A stretch of 64,000 bases of DNA. Source: Octopus vulgaris. Lineage: Eukaryota. The DNA is taken from the NCBI GenBank assembly GCA_951406725.2, contig OX597821.1:68634001-68698000 (forward strand), given 5' to 3'. The position numbers were made by a program, and so were the translations under genes. The notes beneath the pieces are model-generated. The model did not search any database. It saw nothing but the letters and a program-made list of their open reading frames with translations, and had not been told where the DNA came from. Numbering within the stretch: the stretch's first letter is position 1; each line of letters starts with the position of its first letter. This document shows positions 13,450 through 25,737 of this stretch, piece by piece.

Positions 13450-15788
13450 TATAATATTGGTTATTGTGATATAATTTATCTGATACAACTGTTCGTTTTG
13501 GTTTTTTAATTTTGATTCATGTGTAAGAATCTTCGGTGTTTTCCTGGCATAGTTCATTTTTATTCTTCTCGATATTCTCTAAAACAAATGTGTTCGAATT
13601 CAGTAGACTATAGTGTTTGTTATGTTTGTTATTTTTAATTTTCATTTTTCTTTCACAAAATTCCTGATTGTTGTTGTTTTTAAATTCAATTGCTTTTTAT
13701 CTATATAATTCATGTGTTGACAAAGTCAAATCTAAATTTAGCAAACCCATTAATGCAATGTTCTGCGAAGACAATGAATAAATTCAACAAAAACCTATTA
13801 GTGCCAAGTTTTTCACACATATTCCTGAACTCAGCAAAACCTACTTTGAAAATAAAAAAGAATTTGAAAAACAAAACACTCAAGCTTTTGGCAAGACCCA
13901 TTTGTCTTTTGAATAAAAGGAATGAAAATGTTCTTTTAATAGTATCTTACTAAAAGGACAAAATCTCTCAGAACAATTTACTTTCCAGTAACCTGCAAAA
14001 ATCCTTCACACGGACGCTTGCACACATACACTCAGGTAGTCTCATTTGTTATGTAAAGTGAAGCAAAACCTCGTTTGTCAGCATAGTTGCAGTTGATACT
14101 TAAAACTGTCAGCAGACAAGTCTCTGTTGGCCAGCTGAGCTGTCATCCCAACTAGTGGCCTGTGGCCAATAGACAGATAACCAACCGACTGTTATTCATT
14201 CACTTAGCAACAAGAAGGCAGTCAACCTTCCGATGAACATCTCAATAAATACCTTTCACTAATAGTAAATCCGACATATACCAACAAGAGAGCTTCTGGG
14301 CTGTCGCTCAATTTGCTTGAAATAAAGCCGAATTTTCCTCAAATTGCATAATACTGTCTCAAAAAAATGAAAGTTAACTTGGACAATAAATTCTTGGATA
14401 CACTTCTTGCTTCATACTCTTGCTCCCAGAGGCGTCATCGTGCATAGAGCCGACCAGTCTACTATCGATGCGGGGCCTACTTCGGGGCTTTTCACGGGGC
14501 CTGCCATGGGGTCTGCCACAAGACCTGCCATTGGACGCAGCTGCTGTGTCGAATGAGAGTAAAGCTCTGGTAGGATGATATGACTGGAGGTTGGAAGACA
14601 TGTCCGTACTATTGCGGATAGTTATGGTAGTTATGGCGGATAGTTATGAGGTGGGAGGCTGCGGGCTGATGCGTGCGCGCATGGAGTTCTTTGTTGGAAA
14701 CATGGTGGAACCATCTTAGATATACTACGTCTAAAAAAAAATGAATGGTCACGGTTGTAACGATTTTTATCATAAGTCAGCTCAATCAGGACTGGCCGAA
14801 GACTACATAAAATAAAAAGTAAATGACTATTCAATGTTTTAAACTTTCAGATCGTTGCTTACACAACTTACAACGATCCTGCTTTCTCAAGCTTACTTTC
14901 ATTTTTAATCCACTTACGATTTGCCAGAATAATGTTTCTGTTTCCTTGTGATGTCAGTCTTCCTATGTGGGTAAAACTTTCCATAAAAAAAAGGCAGCCC
15001 ACAGATTCAGGAATAAGTGAATACAAAGACAGCCCAAAGAAGGGTGCATACAGGAAACATGCAACAGAACATCAACAGAAATAAATCGAGAAAATCGCAG
15101 TTAAACTTCAGCAATACTGGACTCCAAACTTGTTATTCTGATTTACAGGACCTGAATCACATGCCAAACCAAACTAAACATGATCTATTTGTGAAAGCCC
15201 ATCTCCTGAGAAAGCAGACGACTTATAAAATATATCATTCAATCCATCAATCGACTGGCCTTTCCTACAACAGAAAGCGGAGCTATGCATCTTGATTATA
15301 TTATATGACAGACATCACGACCAAGAACTGATCTATGACAGTTGTGTCCCTTGTGATCGAGAGAGCCCTTAAGCGCTTCTAAAAAATAAGACAGCTTCCG
15401 AAATCTGCTTCACTTCATTTGAAATTTCAAGAGTAATGTTCATGTTATGCTCCACGTAGTGGAACATAGCCTTTCTTACAGGAATGTATGTGTAAGCGTA
15501 TGTTTGTGTGTACAATAAATTTAATATGTATACTAATCTGGAAATCAACAGAGAAATCTTGGGGTGAGAACATTTAAAAAAATTAAGCAACGTGTGAAAG
15601 CATATCTAGTGTATGAAAGAGAATTCCCAAAGTATCTGGCGAAAATGGAACCTATGTTACATCCCACCGGATACTCAGTTTAGGAATTCTCACTTCATAT
15701 AAATATTACAAATGCATCCGGCAGCAATTTGAACACAATGCATTCTCATACAGATGTTTATATCATATGTATGCGCACGTATATATAC

Positions 15789-15819
<31 letters not shown>

Positions 15820-15898
15820 CATATATATATACATATATATATACATATATATATACATATATATATATATATACATATATATATACATATATATATAC

Positions 15899-15961
<63 letters not shown>

Positions 15962-15963
<2 letters not shown>

Positions 15964-16734
15964 AAATAGAAAGATGAATAATCTTGTAGTAGATTAATCA
16001 AAAGTTTAACCGATACCTTAGTAGCAAAAATCACAGCAGTAAACAGCACGGTTGGAGGTACAACCATATGGTGTTGCAACCGTGCGTTGGTGCGGATAAT
16101 TGAAATTAAAACATTATTGGTGAATTGAAGAAATGGAGCTGAACGCAGATTGAACAGAAATCGTTTTATTTCATTCTACACGTGTTTCGAAAGGCACAAA
16201 TTACCAAAATCCGATTGAATAATGGGACCATATTGTGTCTTTCTCTTCAGGAAGAAAATAGGAAATCCGTTGGAAAAACAAAAACAGAACAGAGGCGGAG
16301 CAAAAACAAATCGAACTATGCTCCTAAGAGCCCATGGCGAAACTGTTTATCAGTGTATGTTGAGAACCGGTGGCTGAAGAATTTAACGGGTCAGGCATCG
16401 GTCAATCACAAAGAACACCCACACACCCTCACCCACATGATTGACCGATGCCTGACCCGTTAAATTCTTCAGCCACCGGTTCTCAACATACACTGATAAA
16501 CAGTTTCGCCATGGGCTCTTAGGAGCATAGTTCGATTTGTTTTTGCTCCGCCTCTGTTCTGTTTTTGTTTTCACAACGGATTTCCTATTTTCTTCCTGAA
16601 GAGAAAGACACAATATGGTCCCATTATTCAATCGGATTTTGGTAATTTGTGCCTTTCGAAACACGTGTAGAATGAAATAAAACGATTTCTGTTCAATCTG
16701 CGTTCAGCTCCATTTCTTCAATTCACCAATAATG

Positions 16735-16738
<4 letters not shown>
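15962..16738. mobile_element. PLE pLTR-like inverted-repeat element within (TA)n
   Basis: 301-bp arms 16108-16408 and 16438-16738 with about 2 differing bases and a 29-nt spacer; each arm holds a hammerhead motif. Confidence 0.8.
16586..16679 (+). ncRNA. Type I hammerhead ribozyme motif (mirror copy at 16167-16260 on minus)
   Basis: TATTTTCTTC-CTGAAGA-GAAAGACACAA...TTGTGCCTTTC-GAAAC-ACGT-GTA-GAATGAAATA: intact core, stems I and II pair, stem III palindromic. Confidence 0.8.
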
Positions 16739-16814
<76 letters not shown>

Positions 16815-16874
16815 TATATACATATATGTATATATGTATATATATACATATATATATGTATATATATACATATA

Positions 16875-16908
<34 letters not shown>

Positions 16909-17059
16909 CGCACATATGTGTATTTATATATGAAACAAGTATATGTATATTTATATATGTTTGTATATACATATGTGTGTGTGTGCGAGTATGTGTACAC
17001 ACATATACACATACATATGTATATATGGAACTGAATATGCGTACGTGTATCACTGTACG

Positions 17060-17137
<78 letters not shown>

Positions 17138-18182
17138 AATAAGAGTAACAACATAAAAAAAACTGAAAATGATTCCAAAGTAAATATTTAAACGTGTAAA
17201 GAAAATGTTTAAAACGTTTCTGACAAACATAACTAACCGACACGACATGGACAGACGACACAAAATGGCGGCAGTAGTACATTTCTGCATATCTGTTAAA
17301 GTGGATATGTCTGTCTTCATTCATATTATATGTCAACTCGGCTGAAGGGTGTAGGAAATGAAGCCTGTTCTATAAAATAACACTGAAGTGAGAAAAATCA
17401 CTCCTTCCTGAGAAAATCTGACCAATTTTACAATGACAGCTATTTGGCAACTGCAGACAGTCTCTTCGTTACCAAAAAGACTCTTTGTCACGCAAGGTTG
17501 AATGGTTCGACCTTTATGTTAGGCGATTAAAATATTTTGTACTTGTTTTCTCGGTTTTGTTCCGCTCTTTTGATCGGGGCGGGATTTTATTAAAAGTGTG
17601 GTTGATAATTTGGTTGTTTTTTTTTTTTATGCTATTATTGCCATAAAGGAATCTTTATTGTAGCAGTAGTTGTTATTGCTGTGGCTGTTGTTTCATCTAC
17701 TTTCATCACGTTGCTGTTCGGTACGCTTTTGTTTCATCATATGGAACCGAGGCGTGTTTATATGCGTTGTTTCACTCTTGCCTGACCTCTAGTCGGATCG
17801 TGCTTCCTAGCCTTTTTACCTACACTGCATAGAAATGCCAACATCACTACTACCTTCACCATGGACAATAGCAGCCACGCCCTCAGCACAGTTAACGCTA
17901 CTAACTCCATCGCTAGTGACAACAATGGAACCACACACAGCACAGTTGGGGTGGTCACCTAGGTGTAAAAAGTAAAGACTTTGTCCTATTTATGATATTC
18001 TATGGAATATTTCAGTACAAAACTTGCCTACTAAGAATGAATCTTTTAATTCTTAATCACCTATCTGTTATAAATAGCGATGGGGAGAAAATATGTGTAT
18101 AGTCTCTTCTCTTTCTTTCTCATATAAATATGTGTGTGTATGTATGTATATATGTATTTATATATGTATATGTATATATGTA

Positions 18183-18271
<89 letters not shown>

Positions 18272-18359
18272 TCATGCAAATGTGTGTGTGTACATACATG
18301 TACACTTATATTTACTTTCATACATATGTATATATACACAAATATACATAAATATACAT

Positions 18360-18509
18360 GCGTGCTAAGAAGTTTGTTTCTCAAACACACGGCTCCGGGT
18401 TCAGTCCCATTGCATGGCACCATGGGCAAGTGTCTTCAGCTGGGCAGACCAAAGCCTTGTGAGAGGTTGAAGGAATATGAAAGATGCCCGTCGCATGCAC
18501 GCGTGTGTG

Positions 18510-18598
<89 letters not shown>

Positions 18599-18810
18599 TT
18601 TGTGTTTGTTCTCGATCACCGCTTGATAACCGATGTTGGTTTGTTTACACCCATATAACTTTGCAGTTTAGCGGTTTGGCAAGAGAAACCGATAGAATAA
18701 GTATCAGGTTTTAAATAACAGTATTACTGGGATTGATTTGTTCAACCAAACTCTTCAAGACGGTGCCCCAGCAAGGTCGCAGTCCTATAACTGAAACAAT
18801 TAAAAAAAAA
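18360..18810 (+). mobile_element. SINE family B (CORE-like, internal microsatellite), decayed
   Basis: GGTTCAGTCCC B-box, TGGGCAAGTGTCTTC core, internal (TG)n, conserved tail; similar copies at 19570-19945, 46180-46500, 63633-63968. Confidence 0.85.
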
Positions 18811-18823
18811 GATAAAATATAAA

Positions 18824-19026
18824 TGAGGGAGCGCTGAAAAGCTCCTGGCTTTGGGTAAAAGAAAATACAGAGGAATCAGTTAATTATGATCTTATTCTCA
18901 GATTCACCCACTTATTGCAGCGGTCCTTCAGTTTTTCTAAGCCCTGTAAAAAAACTCGGAAGGTTGGGCCTCCAACCAGGCTTTTCGTTACACCCTTAAA
19001 GCTAGGAACTTTTCACTATGCCTTCG
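18824..19026. mobile_element. Mariner-derived MITE nested in the SINE cluster
   Basis: Imperfect TIRs GAGGGAGCGCTGAAAAGCTCCTGGCTTT / AAAGCTAGGAACTTTTCAC..CCTTCG, followed by TA. Confidence 0.6.
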
Positions 19027-19503
19027 TATATGAAAGGCAAATTAGCAGAAATGTTAGAGCGTCGGATAGAACCCCCTGCGGAATTGGTTATAGTTCTCTT
19101 CTTTCTGAGTTTGCCGAAGTGAACTTTGTCTTTCATTCTTTCGGGGTTGATCAATAAATATCGATCTCTTACAGCGGCCGATTTTTCTCTTTCTTTCTCT
19201 CCTTATCGATCTCTTTTCCTGTCAGTAATCGGCAGTGGTTTAGACCTGGTGAGAGATAGATTCCGCCAAATTTAAATTCCAAAGATGTCGCCGTATGTCA
19301 CGACGAAGCCCCCCCCCCCTTCGGCTCCATTAGGAAATGAAATCCCAAGGAAGACATATGTGTGTGTGTGTGAGTATATGTGTCTGTGTGCGTGCATGTG
19401 CCTCTGTGTGTGTGAGAGAGAGAAAGAGTATGTGTGCGTGTGTATATGTACCCGCTTATACGGCAGATATGTATGTATGAGCGTATTTCTCCATAAAATA
19501 GCT

Positions 19504-19568
<65 letters not shown>

Positions 19569-19947
19569 TACAGGCTCAAGTATGACCGTGTGGCTAAGAA
19601 GCTCTCTTTTGCAACCACGTAGCTAAAGGTTCAGTCCCACTGAACAGCACATTCAACTGTAGGCCTGGGTCGATCAATGCCTTGCGAGTGAATTTGGTCG
19701 ACTGAAACTGTGTGGGAGCCCGTCATATATATCTATACATGTTTGTGTACTTTGTCTCTGTGTTTGTGCCCTGAGCGCGTCCTGACATCCGGTGTTGGCT
19801 TGTTTACGTCCTCTTAACTTAGTGGTTCGGCCGAGAGAATAATACCACACTTAAAAAAAAAAAGTACTGGGTTGGATTTATTCGACTAAAATACTTCAAG
19901 GTGGTGCCCCAGTATGACCGCAGTCCAATGAGCGAAACAAGAAAAAT

Positions 19948-19985
<38 letters not shown>

Positions 19986-19987
<2 letters not shown>

Positions 19988-20471
19988 AATTAATCAAAAT
20001 AAAAACATGATGCCAAGGATTCAACGGTACATATGTTTCGGGCCTTTATTAGACGGATTTATAACAATGCATAATGTATGTCTGTGGCCTTCTTCAGCCG
20101 CGCACAACAACTTCCACAAGGACATGTAGAAATGATTCTACATTGAGAGAAGAACGAGATGGACGCTTCATTTTTATGCTGTTGCCGCATTACGTCGTAC
20201 GCGAATGAGAGGATTTGCATCCCCAACCAAGAATTTTTGATGTAATACATGTCCTTGTGGAAGTTGTTGTGCGCGGCTGAAGAAGGCCACAGACATACAT
20301 TATGCATTGTAATAAATCCGTCTAATAAAGGCCCGAAACATATGTACCGCTGAATCCTTGGCATCATATTTTTATTTTGATTAATTTACTCTACCACCTA
20401 CACCACCAAACGGTATATACAGGTGCTTACAATTATCAAGTACTCACCCCGAATTTCTGTACTCAACTCAC
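19986..20471. mobile_element. PLE pLTR-like inverted-repeat element within (TA)n
   Basis: About 143-bp arms 19986-20128 and 20246-20388, 117-nt spacer, hammerhead motif in each arm. Confidence 0.8.
20273..20350 (+). ncRNA. Type I hammerhead ribozyme motif (mirror copy at about 20024-20101 on minus)
   Basis: GCGG-CTGAAGA-aGGCC...GGCCc-GAAAC-ATAT-GTA-CCGC. Confidence 0.75.
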
Positions 20472-20663
20472 TATATATATATATACGTATACATATATAT
20501 TCATGTGTGTGTGTGTGTTGTATATACACCATGATCCCTCGACTTCCGATGTACTGAAGTCGATTTTTTTTCGATTAAACCTTTCAATGCGACGGCCCAT
20601 CATTGTCGTAGTCTAATGACTGAAACAAGCAAAAGATAAAAAGGTAAAAAGTATATACATACG

Positions 20664-20787
<124 letters not shown>

Positions 20788-20789
20788 TG

Positions 20790-21405
20790 TGTGCATTCGC
20801 TAATTCCATTTGTTAGTGTCTCTTATGTAAACTGTCCTAATCTACCGTTTTAATCTGAATGTTTATAAGTGGAAATGCAGTCGTATTAGTATTGTTTTGG
20901 AAGTTAAATTTTAGTACTAAGTTGTCCTCTAGGTAATCCCTTAATTCTTCTACGTCTTCTGATGTGTCCATTACAACCAGAATATCGTCTACGTATCTAG
21001 TGTATATTATATGTTTGTGTTTAGGTATTATTTTGTTTTCTGTTGTAGCTAAATAGAATTCGACGAACGTTGGTCCCAAAGGAGAACGCATAGGTATTCC
21101 ATCCTCATGTTTTTAAATAACTTGCTTTGTGGCAGCGATACGATACCTGTGTTGAGCAGTTTACCACTATTTATTTTTTTCATTATATTGCTAGTGTCAT
21201 TGGTGGTTATTTCTGGGTGTTTGTTTACATATTATCTAATATACTATTGATTGCTTCTGCTACTAGAATATTAATGAAAAGACTTTCTAAATATAGGGTA
21301 GAAATGGTAGCTATTTGTTTGTTTCTTCCGATGACTTTTTACAGTAATTCTCTGGAGTGCATCTTTCGATAATGCTATCTCTGCGTGGGTGTATTCGATA
21401 GGAAT
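20790..21405 (-). pseudogene. Penelope-like reverse transcriptase fragment
   Basis: LESLFINILVAEAINSIL, EDGIPMRSPLGPTFVEFY, YTRYVDDILVV motifs; frameshifted; possible upstream continuation at 22200-22380. Confidence 0.88.
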
Positions 21406-21412
21406 ATTATCT

Positions 21413-21675
21413 GAAGGCGCATGGTTCATTAGTTAGAACGTCGGGCTCACAATCATGAAGTAGTGAGTTCGATTCCCGAAGCGGGTTGTGTGTTGTGCTA
21501 TTGAGCAAAACACTTTATTCCATATAGCTCCAGTTCACTCAGCTGCAGAAATTAGTTATGACGTCACTGGTGCCAAGCTGCATCGGCCTTTGCCTTTTCC
21601 CTTGGATAACATCAATGGTGTGGAGAGGGAAGGCTGGTATGCATATGTGTAAATTTCTAGGTGCAATCCCGGGGT
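21413..21675 (+). mobile_element. tRNA-derived SINE family C, internally deleted
   Basis: GGCGCATGGTTCATTAGTTAG A-box, GAGTTCGATTCCC B-box; homologous to 31562-31897 and 22499-22716(-). Confidence 0.85.
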
Positions 21676-21967
21676 CTTTACTCTTTTTTTATGGGTTGGA
21701 AGGGATTATTGGATTGTTTTGCTTTTGTATTTTTATTGTAATATATATTAGGTTGACGTTCAGTATAAGATGGAGAAAAAGAGTTGGTGTATAACGTTTT
21801 GAGCATGGCTCATCGTCAGAAAGAGGACAGAGGAAAGGTCCGGAGGGAAAGAAAAATGTCCAAGAAAAGCACTCTGTGGTTACATGGCTGGAGTGAACGG
21901 ATATCAATTGATTCAACAGCTGTACCAATAAAGGTTTTCCTGTTATTATGTATTATATATATATATA

Positions 21968-22176
21968 CAGTAATCCCTCGACTATCGCGGACATTACGTT
22001 CCAAAAACGCCCGCGATAGGTGAAAATCCGCGAAGTAGAAACAGTACTGTATTGTATATGTTTTAAAATTATTTTTATAATTTGTATATATTTATTTTGA
22101 TATAAATGCAAAACAACACCACGGTGGACTCGACGTAAGCTTAAATAATAAACCGCGATATAGCGAGGGATTACTG
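21968..22176. mobile_element. MITE with pogo/Tigger-like ends
   Basis: TIRs CAGTAATCCCTCG..ATCGCGG / CCGCGAT..CGAGGGATTACTG; TA on the left flank. Confidence 0.85.
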
Positions 22177-23869
22177 TGTGTGTATGTATATATATGCGGC
22201 ATGGGCTTCTTCGATGTGAAGAAAGTAAGGGTTTATCATGGTAATTATTTACTTTATTTTGAGATTTAATTGGGTCTGTGTTGTCTTTTCGGAACTTTGT
22301 AAACTTTGTAAGCTGTTTACTGGAAATATTGATAAGCATGAATTTGGCAGCTTTATTGTTCCAAATGAAATATAAAGGCCTGATGCGCAGACGCGAAAAG
22401 AAGGTTTAATAAAAATACTAAATTAGAACCTAGTCATCTTTTTAATATAGCATAACCAAAAGAAACGTTGTTCCCCGTATATACAAATATGATATATCCC
22501 ACTTCGGTCATGGATAACCATGGGATTGCACCTAGAAAGTTCCCCTCCGAGGCACAAGTCCGGGCAAGGTTGTTTATGGAAGACCAGCAGTCGCCCATGC
22601 ATACCAGCCTCCCCTCTGCACACGACTGATGTTATCCAAGGCCGATACAGCTTGGCACCGGTGGCGACGCAACTCATTTCTACAGCTGAGTGAACTAGAG
22701 CAATGTGAAATAAAGTGAGTGTGGTGGTGATGGGGGAGTAATTCTGAAGAATCGAACCCAAGGGATATAGATAGCAGAATTGAAAGCATAGCCTATTGTT
22801 GGCAACACAACAATTTATAGAAAAATTGTCGGAAGGTAAAAAAAATATCATTTGTTTTCTATTCATAAATAGGTAAACATTGCTGAAATCTAAAGACAGG
22901 TTTCGTCTTGTACAAACATGAAGAAGAAATTAATTGTTAAAAATTATGGAAACTCAAGATAAAAACAAATAATGAGATGTCTGGAAAAGAAGACTGTACC
23001 AGTTGCTAATGACTATAACACGTTTACCCTCGCCTACGACGCCAAAATCTCTTAACTTAATTAGTAGAGTCTCTGCAAGTTTTTAGACAAGAATATATTT
23101 ATTTATTTGATTTATTTTATACAATATCAATATTTTTTAACGTTCAGTTTTGTGGGGGAAGGAGCTGCATGTTTTGTTTTTGTTTTGTTTTTTTTATGGA
23201 TTTTCTTTCCATTAATTAACAACGGTTTTTTACCTCATCTTTTTTTTTTTTTTTTTTGCTAATTGTTATTGTTTCAATTCTGATATACTAGATTGAGGGT
23301 CTCTTGTGTTGGATTCTTCCAAGTTTTCTGGTCGACAAGACACTTTTCAAGAGGAGGCCTGTGGTTTCTTTCCCTTTTGAAGTCGGTTACCGCGACTTTC
23401 CAGCTTGGTCGGTTCCCTATTTCCTGCCGAAAATTGGTCTTAAACCCAAACAACTGGAAAAAGCCTCCAAGAATATATCCACTGGCGCAAAAATCAGCTC
23501 AAGGTCACCGTGAAAGACAAGAGGCCGCAGGTACAATCCTTGCTACAGGTGAAGACTACTGCAGTCCTTGCTAATCTGCGCAGATGAAACGTGCAGATTA
23601 AGGGACGATATGCTGGTAACACTAAATTACATGCTGACAATCCGAAAATGTTTCTGACATTGCAATGGATTCAGAAGAAGGGCTTGCAATACCTGTAAGG
23701 AGCTCCTGCAGTTTCAGCGTCGGGCGAAGTATCTCCGACGTTTATTTCACAGATACATACATACATACGTACGTACGTACATACATACATACATACATAC
23801 ATACATACATACATACATACATACACACATACATACATACATACATACATACATACATACATACATACA

Positions 23870-23915
<46 letters not shown>

Positions 23916-24046
23916 CACATACATGCTAATACGTTACCTACGTTGGACTCCTCATGCGTATCATTATCGAACCTATAGTCTGTACACAGCACTTACTCAA
24001 CATTACCTGACACCTTTGGGTCTTCTTGATACCAATACCTCTAATA

Positions 24047-24099
<53 letters not shown>

Positions 24100-24109
24100 A
24101 TTTTATTTT

Positions 24110-24768
24110 ATCTAGTTTCAGCTCACGAGCTGTGACCATGCTAGAGCACTGCCATTTGGTGTTGCTACATAATTTTACTTCACGAATGCTTTTTAGCAAT
24201 TGCCATTTGGTGCATGAGAGAGTTCGATGCAGCTGCCCTCATCTGCACCTCTTGCCGTGAAGTTGGTTCATCTGGGACACCTGACAGGAAGAGATCCAGT
24301 TTTATTTTAAAGACATCTGCATCCACCCCATGCAGGTCTCTCAGGTTCTTCGGGAGGATATTGAAGAGCTGTGGGCCTCTGAAGCCCAGACTATCACAGT
24401 ACCTTGTCCTACATCTTGATGGCAAATTTGGAGTCCTTGGCACCATGCAGAGGAGCCCAGTTCTAGCATTTGTGTAATTCTCGATGCCAAAGTTTGGGAC
24501 AAGTCCTTCTAGGATCTTCCAGATGTATATTATGGCATATCTTTCTCGCCTACGCTCTAAGGAATAGAGTCTTAATCTCTTAAGTCTTTCTCAGTAGCTT
24601 ATATGCTGCACAGAGGATATCTTCTTCGTGTAGCTTCGTTGGATCGCCTCAAGTTCTGTGATTAACTTGACACTGGATGGTGACCATAGCTGAGAGCAAT
24701 AGTCAAAGTGGCTTAGGACAAGTGTCCTCCAGAGGACCATCATGGTTTCCTGGACTCTTGTTCTAAAG
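24110..24768 (-). mobile_element. CR1-clade LINE 3' fragment (RT C-terminus and tail)
   Basis: LVLSHFDYCSQLWSP, LEAIQRSYTK, LYSLERRRERY, GPQLFNILPKNLRD; one in-frame stop. Confidence 0.92.
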
Positions 24769-24830
24769 GTTCTATTATATTATATTATATTATATTATAT
24801 TATATTATATTATATTATATTATATTATAT

Positions 24831-24893
<63 letters not shown>

Positions 24894-24946
24894 TATATAT
24901 TATATTATATTATATTATATTATATTATATTATATTAGATAGATAA

Positions 24947-25033
<87 letters not shown>

Positions 25034-25034
<1 letters not shown>

Positions 25035-25528
25035 GGAGAATTCACACAAAAAATAAAAGACCAAGACAGGTGGTGTGGACAACAAACAGATGTATTAGTA
25101 TAACGCTCGGGAAGTGAAAAAGTCTTTAACGTTTCGAGCCTACTCTCTTCCACAGAAAGGAACCCAAAGAAACAAGGAGAGAAAATAAAGAATGTGTAGT
25201 GGCTAGCGATCTATCATGGCGAAGGCCAGACAGAAGAGTCACACGAGAGCTATGGAGAAGGGGAGATAGCAAAGTGGTGGGGATCCCAAAAAGGTGCGCG
25301 CTTGTGTATTAGGGAGTTTGTATGCGCGTGTGGAAGATATATATATATAGGGAGAGTTTACAAAAAAAAAAAGACGAAGACAGGTGGTGTACAAAAAAAC
25401 AGATGTATTAGTTTAACGCTCAGGAATAGAAAAAGGCTTTTACGTTTCGAGCCTACGCTCTTCTACAGAATTGGACACAGAAAAAACAAGGAGAGAAAAA
25501 ATGTGTGTAGTGGCTAAGGATCTATCAT
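25034..25528 (-). mobile_element. Two tandem diverged PLE pLTR-like units with variant minimal hammerhead motifs
   Basis: 25034-25220 resembles 25350-25528; motifs at 25124-25159 and 25437-25472 read CTGT(G/A)GA-a-GAG..GCTC-GAAAC-GT(T/A). Confidence 0.65.
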
Positions 25529-25737
25529 ATATATATATAACGAGAAATACGTCACGGATGGAGATTTTATATTATTATTAATGCATTGCTACATATGTTT
25601 CGACATGACAGGCATATTTATGGGGCCACCTCACCATACCCATAGGATATTATTAGGTACTATTTATAGCATCCATGGATCCTATAGGATCCAGTTAATT
25701 CGAAATGAATGCTTCTTCATATATATATATATATATA

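Noticed and set aside
16182-16664. Twin 93-aa ORFs on opposite strands
   Set aside because: A by-product of the inverted repeat, with no recognisable domain
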